Source of the DNA: Malacoraja senta
Taxonomy: Eukaryota
Direction of reading: 5' to 3'
Assembly (NCBI GenBank): GCA_038087875.1
Contig: CM075993.1
Span: 8,744,001-8,808,000 of the forward strand
Length of the DNA stretch: 64,000 nt
The first letter of the stretch is position 1; every line of letters starts with the position of its first letter. Both the position numbers and the translations under genes were made by a program. Shown in pieces: positions 48,195 through 60,800 of the stretch. A model generated the notes under the pieces. That model did not search any database and was not told the origin of the DNA. It saw nothing but the letters and a program-made list of their open reading frames with translations.

Positions 48195-50146
48195 CTAGGT
48201 CAAGTGGGACCTGTTGGGTCCCGTCCCCTAAACGCGCGGTTGCGGGGGGGCGGCCTGCGGCATCACGCACACACTAACCCCCCCTTGATATTATATTAAT
48301 ATTATAATTAATATTTAATTAAGTGAGACAGAACGAACTGCAGATGCTGGTTTACCAAAAAAGACACAAGGTGTTGCAACGTAGTGGGTCATAGCATCTC
48401 TGCAAGACGTGGATAAGTGACATTTTGGATCAAGACCCTTCTTCAGATTATTTTGTTAGTTAGATCCCACAGATGCCTGAGAGGGATTTGAGCACCTCTC
48501 TCTGGTTCCTTGCACTATCAAGCACATAGTTCACTGAACAGGAACATTGACCTGTGGAGTAAATCTGCTAATTCCAATTAGGAAAATATCCAATGTTGAA
48601 ATGTTGTAGTAAATTAGTGGCTTTGGCACAAAGTGACCATGGGGCACTTGGAATCCTCAGCGTCAAAGGTGGATGGTGCTGCAAGGTTTGTAGTATAAGA
48701 GATCAGTTCCCCATATGCTTGCTTCCATTCACATTCTGGAACCTGGTCTATGGTTCTCTTCAAACTGATTTTTCATTGTTTGTTTTATAATCATGACACA
48801 AATCCAAATCCAAATCCAGACTATTCATCAAAATATATTAAACCTGGGAGCTTTGTCTAACAGCAGTCAGGTTCTGGGACCTTTACAAATGTAGTGTTGA
48901 TGTCAAATGTAATATAATGGAGCAGGTCAATGAATTAACTCCCCTTCCCATTCCAAAACTGACCTTTTTGTCCCGGGCCTGCTCCACTGTCAGTGAGGCC
49001 AAACGCAAATTGGAGGAACAGCACCTTTTATTTCTCTTGGGCAGCTTACAACCCAGGATTTGAACGTTGATAGAGAGGGAGAGGGAGGGGGAGAGGGAGG
49101 GGGGAAGAGAGGGAGGGGGTAGAGGGGGAGGGGGATAGAGGGGGAGAGGAAGGGGGTAAAAGAGGGAGGGAGGTGAGAGGGAGGTTAGAGGGAGGGGGTA
49201 GAGAGGCAGAGGGGCAGAGAGGGAGGTAGAGTCGGGGGTGGGGGTAGAGTGGGGGAGAGGAAGGGTTGAGAGGGAGGCGGTAAAGAGGGAGAGGGGTAGA
49301 GAGGGAGAGGGGTAGAGAGGGGGAAGGGAGGATAGAGAGGGAGGGGGTAGAGAGGGGGAAGGAGGGTAGAGAGGGAGGGGTGTGACAGAGACTGAAGACA
49401 TTTGAACAACTCTCCCTACCCCCTCCCTCAAATTTCCCACTCTTCCTCCTCAACTCCCCAGGATTTTTTTCCACTCCTCCACTCCCCCAATCCCTCCCTC
49501 ACCTCTTCGAGCAGAGCCGATGGAGCTGGGCTTAGCGGGTCCGAGCCGAGGGGGGCCGAGCGGAGCCGAGCGTGCGGGGCTGAACGAGTCACAGCGGAGC
49601 CGAGCGGGGCCGAACGGGTCCCAGCGGGGCCGAGAGGGTTGGAGTGCTGGAGCGCCCCTCGAAGGGGGGTAGAGAGGGAGGGGGGAAGAGGGAGGGGGGA
49701 AGAGGGAGGTAGAGAGGGAGGGGGAGGGGGTAGAGAGGAAGAGGGGCAGAGAGGGAGGGGGTTAGAGAGAGGGAGGGGGGCAGAGTGGGATCCCAGCGGG
49801 GCCGAGCGGTTTGGAGTGCAGAAGTGGCCCTCGCGCAGAGTGTGTGAGTTGATTGTGACGTCTGTCCGAATTTTTTCTTCAAAATGGGTGAGCTTGAAGA
49901 ACTTTAATTTTTTTAACTGTTTTTAAAAGGTTAGTAACTTGGGAAATATAGGTTAAAATGCGACGTGAAGATATTCATCATATCCGCGGGAAAAATGTCA
50001 GTAGCATGTGTGAAAATGGGAAGACTGGCCTAGCGTTTGGAAGAAGATAGGAATTAAGGACATTGACAGACAGCTGACACAACCCTGGCCCACACAGACA
50101 CAAGAACAAAGGGAAGAGTTTCTGTATAATATATATATAATATAGA
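48195..50146 (-). mobile_element. Non-autonomous Helitron containing Penelope fragments and unassigned sequence
   Basis: Minus strand A|TCTATATTATA ... GGGACCC-AAC-AGGTCCC ACTTGACCTAG|T; the host CR1 3' end rejoins as GGGGATA|TGGG. Confidence 0.8.
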
Positions 50147-50904
50147 TGGGACCAGATCAGTTAGATAGATTGGTTGGCATGAATGAGTTGGGCCAGTGCT
50201 CTTTCGGCATTGTATAGCTCTATGATTATGATTTATGAATAAAGTATAGTTGTATTATTTAAAATCCTAGATTTATTTCCCTTCAATTACTAGATTGGAA
50301 TGATTGCTAGTTATAATTCAAACAATCTTCAAACATTATTACCCAATCGTCATCATAATAGTTACTCCAACACTTGGTGTCTTTTTTTTATAAACCAGCT
50401 TCTGCAGTTCCTTGTTAGTAGCAACTTCCCTAAACGTCCATATTTTCACAAACTTGTAGTGAAATATGTAGTGCATATGTAGTGAGTACATTGTACATTG
50501 TAGAGGTATTGCGATCCAAAACAAAGCAATTCAACTTGGGTGGTCAGGCATCCAAATTGAGTGACTTGCAGCTGATACTAAAGGAGCTGATAATAATATT
50601 TATAAAGGTGACAAATCTAATCAGTTTTCTATTTTAAAAACTAGTGTGCACAGAAGGTGAAGGCTTCATTCCCATTAACAATGAATAATATGTGTATAAT
50701 ATATACATTTCTGAGGCAAAGCAGTTTTAGTTTCTTTCTTTCAGTGAAATTTGCTTTCAAGATACTTTATTCATAACAAATAACACAATATAAAATGCAA
50801 CATCATAATTCAAATAAAGCAGTAAAATAATCATGAAAGATTATCAAGAATTTATTTATTCAGACCAATTTTATATAGTTACAATCCTACTGACAAATAG
50901 ACGA

Positions 50905-51968
50905 TTGACTGATATCTACTACAAACTTACTAATCCACATAGCTATCTTGACTACACTTCCTCTCACCCTTCTTTCTGTAAAGACTCTATCTCCTACTCC
51001 CAATTCTTCTGTCTACGCAGCATCTGCCCCCATACCAGGGCATCGGAGATGTCCTCATTCATTAAGAAACGGGGGTTTCCCTCTTCTATTAAGATGAGGC
51101 TCTCACTAGGGTCTCCTCGATATCCCGCAGCTCCGCTAAAACTCCCCTCCCCCCATTTGTAACAAGGACAGAGTCCCCTTGTCCTCACCTTCCACCCCAT
51201 CAGCTGTCGCATTCAGTATATAATCCTCTAACATTTTCCCCACCTCCAACGGGATCCCACTACTGGCCACATCTTCTCATCTCCACTCCTTTCTGCTTTC
51301 CGCAGAGACCGTTCCCTCCGAAACTGGTCAACTCGTCCCTTCCCAGCCAAACCCCCAGGTACTTTCCCCTGCAACCGCAGGAGCTGCAACACGTGTCACT
51401 TTACCTCCCCCCTCAACACCATCCAAGGACCCAAACAGTCTTTCCAGGTGAGGCAGAGGTTCACTTGCACCTCCTCCAACCGCATCTACTATATCCGCTG
51501 TTCCAGGTGTCAAATTCTCTACATCGACGAGACAAGCGCAGGCTCGGGGATCGTTTCGCTGAACACCTCCGCTCAGTGCGTCTTAACCTACCTGATCTCC
51601 CGGTGGCTTAGCACTTCAACTCCCCCTCTCATTCCCAATCTGACCTTTGTGTCCTGGGCCTCCTCCATTGTCAGAGTGAGGCCCAGCATAAATTAGAGGA
51701 ACAGCACCTCATATTTCGCTTGGGTAGTTTACACCCCAGCGGTATGAACATTAACTTCCCTGACTTCAGATAGTCCTTGCTTTCTCTCTCCATCCCCTTC
51801 CCCTTCCCAGTTCACCCACTAGTCTTACTGTCTCTGCCTACATTCTATCTTTGTCCCGCCCCCTCCCCTGACATCAGTCTGAAGAAGGGTCTCGAGCCAA
51901 AACGTCGGTCATTCCTTCTCTCCAGAGATGCTGCCTCACCCGTTACTCCAGCATTTTGTGTCTACCCT
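50905..51968 (+). mobile_element. Penelope-like element 3' part (RT thumb, GIY-YIG, terminal repeat)
   Basis: TDIYYKLTNPHSYLDYTSSHP..K.SI.YSQF; RQRFTCTSSNRIYYIRCSRCQILYIDET; degenerate hammerhead core at 51879-51906. Confidence 0.85.
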
Positions 51969-52073
51969 TTATGTAGTTCTACTCCAAAATTGTAGCCAAT
52001 TCATGTTAACAATCTTTCTAAAGTTCAAATAAACCCAAATCACATCTTATAGCGGGGCAAAGAAAGAAAACCT

Positions 52074-54192
52074 TGTAGCGGCACCAAACGTGGTGAATAA
52101 AGGTGAGACGTCAGGCCGGTTCAGAGTCGTTTATTCAGTGGTGACACGTTAGGTTGGTGCTAACTATAATAACAGTGTTGCTGTAGCTGAGCGAGGTTGT
52201 TCACTCGGGCTCAGCTACGGGTTGAACTCCTTAAGGTCTCGAGGTGAGATGACCTTAAGTACCAGGACACTCCCTCTAGCCCATGACGTCACGTGCCCGC
52301 CCTCGTACTTTTTGACGAGGGTTCGAGCATAAGTGGCCCGTGTATAGGCTGACGCCACAGGACCCCCCCCCAGAACCGGAGGAAGGAATAGCATGGTCGA
52401 GGCGGTTCCTACATGTGGGTCTGGGACACCCCTGGCGTGGGTCGGGATGGAGGACTCCACGGGCGCGTGACGCTCTGCGTGGGCTCTACGGGCGCAGTGA
52501 TGCTCTGCGTGGGCTCCACGGGCGCACTGACGCTCTGCGTGGGCGATCCCGAGGACCCGAGGGATGCCAGAAAACCGACGGACGGAAGAGACACAGTCGC
52601 ATCTCCTCGACCAGCTAAGGGAGAGTGTCCTGTGAAATACGGCCCCTAGCAACGGCTGAGAGGCGTCGGCAAAAATGAGGGGATAAAACTAAATAAAATA
52701 AACAAACCAATTTCTGAACCGGGCGTGGAGATGCAGTGAACACAAAAGGAACAGTAACAGCACAAATTACAGTGCAATCAGTGTCCAAAGTTCAAATTGT
52801 CCAGTGTTCAAAGTGCAGGATAGGAAAGCTGTGCAGTGTTGCAGTGCCATCCTCCGACCTGACGGTGGCGCTGTTGTCGGTGGTCAGGCTGCAGGGACTG
52901 CATCCGGCTGGAAGGTGGCGCTGTGGACGGCGGTGAGGCTGCAGGGACGGCATCCGGACGGAAGGTGGTGCTGTGGACGCCGGTCAGGTGAGCTTTTCGG
53001 TGGCCATTTTGTAGTCGGGACGGCCGCTTGTTCAGGAGGCCGCGGCGGCCATTTTTGTAGTCGGGCGGCCGCTTGTTCAGGAGGCCTTCACCAGCGATTG
53101 AATCCCTGGGCCGGACAGGCAGGCAGCCAGCGCCCAGGGATCTTCGGAGTCAACGCCGGTGAGGAGGAGAAGGGCGTCTTCGGCAGTCGCCCCTGGTAAG
53201 CCCGCCCTATCGGGTGGCTAGGCCCTGGGCAGCGGCCGGCGGGGCTGGGCGTGGTGCCGCGGCGAGCCTGTTGCAGTGCCGGGTCTGCAGCCGTGTCCGC
53301 GGTGAGGCCCGGTGCGGTCCTGGGCGTGGAGCCGCGGCGAGCCTGTTGCAGTGCCGGGTCCGCGGGGAGGCCCGGTGCGGTGCTGGTGAGTTGAGGCCGC
53401 GGCAGGGCCTGGAGCGGAGAGGCCCGGCCCGGTGCAGGTCATGGAGCCGTGTTCACGGTGCAAGGCCGGGGCCAGGTCCGTTGTTGGGAGCGGAAGAGCG
53501 GCAGGTACTCTCTCTGCTCCCGGGGCCGTCGGGCGTGTGTAGGCGTTGCTGTGGGCAGGAGGCTGCTACGCTCGCAGCTCCTGCAGCAGCTTGTGAGGCA
53601 CCGGCGGCTGGTAAAACCTCTCCGCTCCGGTAGTCGGCTCCGGGCAGGTCATGCGGGGGAGCTCGGCGGCCGTCACACAAGGCGGCCTGCCCCGTTGCCG
53701 GGAGTGGGAGAGCGGCGGCAGCAGCAGCTGCTGGGGAAGAGGCGGCATCCCAGATGTAGCGGCATACCTCACTGCAGGGCTGGGTTGGGTTGGCGGCAGC
53801 GTAGTTCTGCAGGACTGGGCAGCCGGCTGTAGACATCAGGTCTCCCGCGGCTGCGTGCGTCAGGTAAAATCCAAATTTCAATTTGGACAGTCGGGGGTCA
53901 CCAATGTAGCAGCACCAAACGTGGTGAATAAAGGTGAGACGTCAGGCCGGTTCAAAGAGTCGTTTATTCTGTGGTGACACGTTAGATTGGTGCTAACTAT
54001 AATAACAGTGTTGCTGTAGCTGAGCGAGGTTGTTCACTCGGGCTCAGCTACGGGTTGAACTCCTTAAGGTCTCGAGGTGAGATGACCTTAAGTACCAGGA
54101 CACTCCCTCTAGCCCATGACGTCACGTGCCCGCCCTCGTACTTTTTGACGAGGGTTCGAGCATAAGTGGCCAGTGTATAGGCTGACGACACA
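52074..54192 (-). mobile_element. Non-autonomous LTR retroelement (Gypsy-like cis signals)
   Basis: TG..CA LTRs at 52074-52359 and 53905-54192; 4-bp TSD ACCT; PBS TGGTGACCCCCGAC (tRNA-Trp-like) at ~53890-53903; G-rich PPT at ~52361-52372; no gag/pol motifs seen. Confidence 0.9.
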
Positions 54193-54912
54193 ACCTACTC
54201 AAATAAACTATTGGGGGAACCGTTTCAATAAAGAATGGTGCAAAAGCAGAAAATACATTCATGATAGAAATACATTTTGATAGAAAATACCGCATGGCAT
54301 TTCAGGGATGGTGGAGAAATTCCGGAACAAGCATACAAAATTAATATTGAGAAATCTGAAATATTTTAGGTTTTGAATGGACAAGGTATCTATTTGGTCT
54401 AGGATTTGAAAAGCACAGAATCCATAGTATTTTTTTTATAAGAAATGCCGTAGAATCAAACAATAATGCACCTGCATATGCCACAAAAGAATACTGTTGC
54501 TCATTTTCTGGCACTTGTTTAAATGAATTACTGCGATGGACTGGGAGATAAAAAGGTTAATCAAAGAAAACAAAAATCACAAATAAATAATTGTTCCCTT
54601 TGGGATATTTGTGTACATCTTGAAAAGAAAAATAAATCAAAACACACAGGTCCTATTACCAATGCACGGACAGGAAAACTCCAGTAATTACTTTCTTTAC
54701 AGAGAAAATTCTTCCAAATGTTATCGATTTCTGGATGTTTCCTTTTATTGACAGTCTCAAGCTTTACTCCTACACAGGTGTAAATCTTTGGTTGCATTCT
54801 ACCAAAAATTATAATTTAAAAAACCTCTATGACGGCAGCTCTATTCTGAGATTGAGGACAGTAGGGCAATGAATATTATCTGCCTGGAATGTAATAATGC
54901 ATTTAACAATTA

Positions 54913-55237
54913 GGCGGCATGGTGGCGCAGCGGTAGAGTTGCTGCCTTACAGTGTTCGCAGCACCGGAGACTTGGGTTCGATCCCAACTACGGGTGCTGT
55001 TTGTATGGAGTTAGTACGTTTTCCCCGTGACCTGTGTGGGTTTTCTCCGAGATGTTTGGTTTCCTCACACACTCCAAAGACGTACAGGTTTGTAGGTTAA
55101 TTGGCTTGGTAAATGTAAACATGGTCCCTAGTGTGTGTAGGATAGTGTTAATGTGCGGGGATTGCTGGTCGGTGTGGACCCGGTGGGCCAAAGGGCCTGT
55201 TTCCGCACTGTACCTCTGAATTAAACTAAACTAAACA
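54913..55237 (+). mobile_element. tRNA-derived SINE (V-SINE/HE1-like), full length
   Basis: A box TGGCGCAGCGG, B box GGTTCGATCC, central domain, CR1-like 3' end and (AAACT)n tail. Confidence 0.8.
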
Positions 55238-56627
55238 AGGCCCTTCATGGGATGCTTATTCAGAAGATGCATGGAGACCAACAATGATTTTGGATTCAAT
55301 TACTTGGTAATTTGGATTCATAAATGCCATAGAAGAGAGAGTAATGAAGGAAGGAAGTTATTCTGGCTGGAGATCTTTGACAGGGATCTATGTTGTGGCT
55401 CCTATTGTTTGTGATATATATAAATGACTTGCATGAAAATATAGATGAGTTGATTAGTAAGTTTGCAGACAAGACTAAAGTTGGTGGAGTTACAGACAAT
55501 GAAGGCTTTTAAAGGATCAAGAGTCAAGAGAGTTTACTGTCTTGTGTCCCTGATAGGACAATGAAATTCTTGCTTTGCTTCAGCACAACAGAACATAGTA
55601 GGCATTGACTACAAAACAGATCAGTGTGTCCATATACCATTATATAAATATATACACACATGAATAAATAAACTGATAAAGTGCAAATAACAGATAATGG
55701 GCTATTTTACTTCGGAGTCACGTGAGTGACTACGTTAAGAGCCCGTCCAGCACGCATGCGCGACATTAGCGTTCACGCAGTGCAACAGCGACGACCGGGA
55801 GTACAGGCGCTCCCGCTACACGTCGGTGGAAAATAAACAGCGGACCATCAGGTAAGTCTTACTCTGAGGTCGTAATCAGCAAGCTGTGCTCTGCTCTGTA
55901 TTCCAGGGGAACTGGAAAAATGAGTAGCACGGCAAAGGAAGAAAACCGCCTCCCGTTCGACTCCAACAGAACGGGAGTGTTCCATCAGTGGGGGGCGAGA
56001 GGCGGCACCTGGACCGCATATGCTGCGGCACACCCTCATCGAGACCGAGCCGAGCCCAGTCCCGCTAGCGCAACCTGACCAACAGCAGCGGGCTGGAGGC
56101 AAATCAAGGCACAAAACATACCGGCCGGTTATGTCTCACTCCGATGAGCAGGCTCTGCGCCTTAGAGCGGCAGAGCTAGCTGCCTGAGCCGCATGGAAAG
56201 GCTCATGGAGCAAATGCTCCAGCGAGACTTGCTTCGGGAGCTGGAGCAGTCTCGCCAAGGGAACTCAGGCACTCCCACATCAGTGCTCTACAATGCACTG
56301 GCCATCGCTTTCCCCTCAGCCGAGGGCAGCGTTGGCGGCCAGCGCTGGGCTGGTCAGGAACAGGGGTCATTGGCTGAAGATGTCGGGAGTACGCTTGGGG
56401 TACAGGATCAGGAAGAGCTGCTGGGTGTGGAGATTCGCTACGTGGTTACACCACGAGCAGGGCGGCCGTTGCAGCCAAAACTGGCGGCCAGCATTAACCA
56501 CCTGTCCCTCAAACCCCTACAAGACAGGTACTTAATGAGGCACTAGAGCTGGAAAACTGCAGTTCGCTCAATGTACCGGCTGTTAACAGCCAAATCTGGG
56601 GGGGGTATGTGGGACAGAGTATCCGGA

Positions 56628-57822
56628 GGTACACAAAAATGCTGCAGAAACTCAGCGGGTGCAGCAGCATCTATGGAGCGAAGGAAATAGGTAACGTTTC
56701 GGGCCGAAACCCTTCTTCAGACTGATAGGGGGTGGGGAGAAGAAAGGAAAAAAGGAAAAAGGCGGAGGAGGAGCCCGAGGGCTGGGGGAGGGGAGGAGAC
56801 AACCAGATGGCTGATGAAGGGGAGGGGACAGCAAGGGCTAGCAGAATTGGGAGAATTCAATGTTCAAACCCCCAGGATGTAGACTGCCCAAGCGGAATAT
56901 GAGGTGCATTTCCTCCAATTTACGGTGTTGCTCGCTGTGGCCATGGAGGAGACCCAGGACAGAGAGGTCAGATACGGAATGGGAGGGGGAGTTGAAGTGC
57001 TGAGCCACCGGGAGTTCAGGTTGGTTATTGCGGACCGACCGGAGGTGTTCGGCGAAACGATTGCCAAGCCTCCGCTTGGTCTCACCGATGTAGATCAGCT
57101 GGCATCTAGAGCAGCGAATGCAATAGATGAGGTTGGAGGAGATGCAGGTGAACCTCTGTCGCACCTGGAACGGCTGCTTGGGTCCTTGAATGGAGTGGAG
57201 GGGGGAGGTGAAGGGACAAGTGTTGCATCTCTTGCGGTTGCAAGGGAAAGTACCAGGGGAGGGGGTGGTATGGGAGGGAAGGGAAGAATTGACAAGGGAG
57301 TTATGGAGGGAGCGGTCTTTGCGGAAGGCAGACATGGGGGGAGATGGGAAGATGTGGCGAGTGGTGGGGTCACGTTGGAGGTGGCGAAACTGACGGAGGA
57401 TCACTTGTTGTATGTGACGGCTGGTGGGGTGAAAGGTGAGGACTAGGGGGACTCTGCCCTTGTTGTGAGTGGGGGGATGGGGAGAGCAGTGTTGCGGGGT
57501 ATGGCAGAGACCCTGGTGCGAGCCTCATCTATGGTGGAGGAGGGGAACCCCCGTTCCCTGAAGAATGAGGACATTTCAGATGCCCTGGTGTGGAACGCCT
57601 CATCCTGGGAGCAGATGCGGCGTAGACGGAGGAATTGGGAGTGGGGGATGGAGTCCTTACAGGAAGCAGGGTGGGAAGAAGTGTAGTCCAGATAGCCATG
57701 GGAGTCGGTAGGTTTGTAGTGGATGTCGGTAAGGAGTCTATCACCTGCGATGGAGATAGTGAGGTCAAGGAATGGTAGGGAAGTGTCGGAAATGGTCCAG
57801 GTGTATTTGAGTGCCGGATGGA
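56628..57822 (-). mobile_element. Penelope-like element inserted into the DIRS gag region
   Basis: LPFLDL..TDIHYKPTDSHGYLDYTSSHP and NLIYCIRC..YIGETKRRL..RFAEH; 12-bp TSD AGAGTATCCGGA at 56616-56627 and 57823-57834. Confidence 0.92.
56690..56724 (-). ncRNA. Minimal hammerhead ribozyme motif in a Penelope terminal repeat
   Basis: Minus strand CAGT-CTGAAGA-A-GGGTTTCGGCCC-GAAAC-GTT-ACC. Confidence 0.55.
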
Positions 57823-60800
57823 AGAGTATCCGGAACCAGGAGCTAAAATCCTCAAACTCCTGACGACAGGGATAACAGCCTATGCTCGTTCCGTGGATGG
57901 GGTGGATATGACCACAAACCAGCAAGACACTCTGGCTCTGCTGTGCAACACCCAATATGAGATAAACAACCTCGGCAAGGAGAGAATAAGACCTGCCCTC
58001 AATCCCAGGTTTGCAGGACTGTGTAAAACACCGGCCTCAGAGCCGCAGATCCTGTTATTTGGAAGGGCAAGTGAAAGACTTGGAGGAGAGTCCAAAGCAT
58101 TTGGCCTCATGAGGGCAGGCCCCGGAATGAGCAGACGCACACAAAAAAACAGACGGCAGTACCCCACCGCGTCCACCAGTCAAGGTCAAATTTATGGAAC
58201 TGGTGAAAGCTCGGGGTCCGCATACTATCCCCGAAAGCCTTTTTAGGCCAGGGCCCGGAGCGGACCCCATGGAAAATGCGCCACCCCCAATCAGCAGTAC
58301 ATCAGCAGTACATCCAGCAGTGGAGGTAGGTGGCTCTGGTTCCTACCAGCATGTAAATGGGGGAACTGTACTAACAGGGGGGAGATTACACCTATTCATT
58401 GAAGCATGGAGGTGTCTCACGAATGATAGTTATATACTTAACAGTATTCGGGGATACAAAATAGAGTTCATTCAAGAAAACATGCCACCAGTTCAGCACG
58501 TACCCCAAAGGGTCTTTACCCTCTCAGTCAAAGAGAACTAGAGGCTCAAGCAGAACTGGCGAGGTTACTTACAAAGGGTGTCATTGAGAAATCCAAACAT
58601 GAACCTTTGGAATTTGTCTCAAATATATTTACCAAAAGCAAAAAAGATGGTGGATGTCGCATCATCATTGACTTAACCTCACTAAATACCTTTGTAAAGT
58701 ATGTACATTTCAAAATGGAAACATTTGTAACTGCTAAACAACTGATTTCCAAGGGATACTTTATGGCAAGCATTGATTTAAAAGATGCCTACTATTCAGT
58801 ACCCATTCATAAGGGTCATCGCAGATACCTGAAATTTACCTGGATGGGGCAACTATGGCAGTATAAAGTGTTGCCTAATGGGTTGACATCAGCCCTAGAC
58901 TATTTACCAAGATATTTAAACCAGCCTTGGCAACATTAACGAAACAAAGACATATTGTCATGGCATATCTTGATGATATCCTAATAGTAGGCAAAACCAT
59001 GGAGTTGGCTAAATCAGCTGTATTAGCTACCAAACAATTGTTTGAAACCCTGGGTTTTGTCATACATCCAGATAAATCTAAGTTGACGCCATCCACAACT
59101 ATGGACTATCTGGGATTCACAATTAACTCAATCCACATGTCTGTAACGTTGCCAAAAGGTAAAGCAGCAGAATTGGCACAGACGTGCAACAATTTAATGG
59201 TAAGCAATCGACCAACCATCCGACAAGTGGCAAGAGTAATTGGCAAAATGGTAGCAGCATTTCCAGCTACACAATTTGGACTCCTGCACTATCAGCACCT
59301 ACAAAGGGCAAAAGTACAGGCGTTGAAACGACATGCAGGTCACTTTGACCGAACCATGAAACTACCCATTGAAGCAATATCAGAGTTACAATGGTGGATA
59401 TAACACATTTGGCATAGTTCCAGCCCTGTCATCATCAATAACCCAACGTTAACTATACAAACAGATGCCAGTGCTCAAGGCTGGGGAGCAACTAATACCA
59501 TATCCAGCACAGGTGGTAGATGGACTAACCTAGACTCATCTTTACTACAAACACTGGGCATAAATTATTTGGAAATGTTGGGTGCGTTTTATGGTTTAAA
59601 AGCATATTCTAGGAATATGCACAATTTGCATGTTCATTTACAAATTGATAATATCACGGTGGTGGCCTATATTAACCATATGGGCGGAATAAAATCGATA
59701 TGTGACAATTGGGTCAACACAATCTGGTAATGGTGGGTCGATAGACATATTTGGCTATCAGCAACTTACCTACCAGGTAAGCTAAATACAGTGCCAGGTC
59801 ATGCAAATTCAATGATAAACCTAGAGCTCCAATGGATATTAAATCCTAGAGCTTTTGCTAAAATTACAAACCAATATGGCACACCAGATATCGATCTCTT
59901 TGCATCCAGACTAAATCACCACGTACCAATGTATGTCCCTTGGGAACCACACCCTGAGGCAGCAGTGATAGATGCATTCGCGCTGAACTGGGGGACCTAT
60001 TTCTTCTATGCTTTTCCCCCCTTCTGCCTTAATCTGTAGGGTACTACGCAAAATACAGATGGACTCTGCTTCAGGTATTTTGATAGTACCAACTGGCCTA
60101 CACAGCCATGGTTCCCAGTGGTCCTCGACATGGTCATCAAAACTCCTATGACCTTTCCCAGTAGCCCAGACCTATTGACAGACCCTGTATCAGGCATAAG
60201 TCATCCATGCCATGACAAAATGAACCTACTGGGTTGCAGATTATCAAAAGACCACTGCTGGGACTGGGATTGTCTGACAGGACCATCAACATGATGACAC
60301 CGTATGTCCACCAGGAAACAATACCTATCGAGCATCAGGAAGTGGGAAAGATACTGCTCGACTACTGGGACAACGTACTCATCTGCAACCATAACCAATG
60401 TACTGGAGTTCCTGGGGGGCCTTCACCATAATGAAGGATTGAGCTACACCGCCATCAATACTGCCAGACGTGCGCTGTCAGCCTACTTAAAACAGGTGCC
60501 AGGACAACAGGCCATAGGGTTTCACCCGCTGGTGATCAAACTCATGAGGAGTATCGTCAACTCTAACCCTCTTAAACCTAGGTATACCCAAATCTGGGAT
60601 GTCAGTGTGGTCCTGACATACCTAAGGGGATGGTCCCCAGCCAGGTCTCTCACCCTGGAAAAGCTAACCCTGAAAACGGTCATGCTGATGCCACTAGTCT
60701 CAGCACAAAGAGTCCAGTCCCTCCACTTACTGCGACTGGACAACATGGTTATAACACCAGACCGGGTCTCATTCACCATTCAGGAGCTGCTAAAGCAGAG

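Noticed and set aside
54913..54990. tRNA gene
   Set aside because: A/B boxes continue into a SINE body and LINE-derived tail; no clean cloverleaf or terminator.
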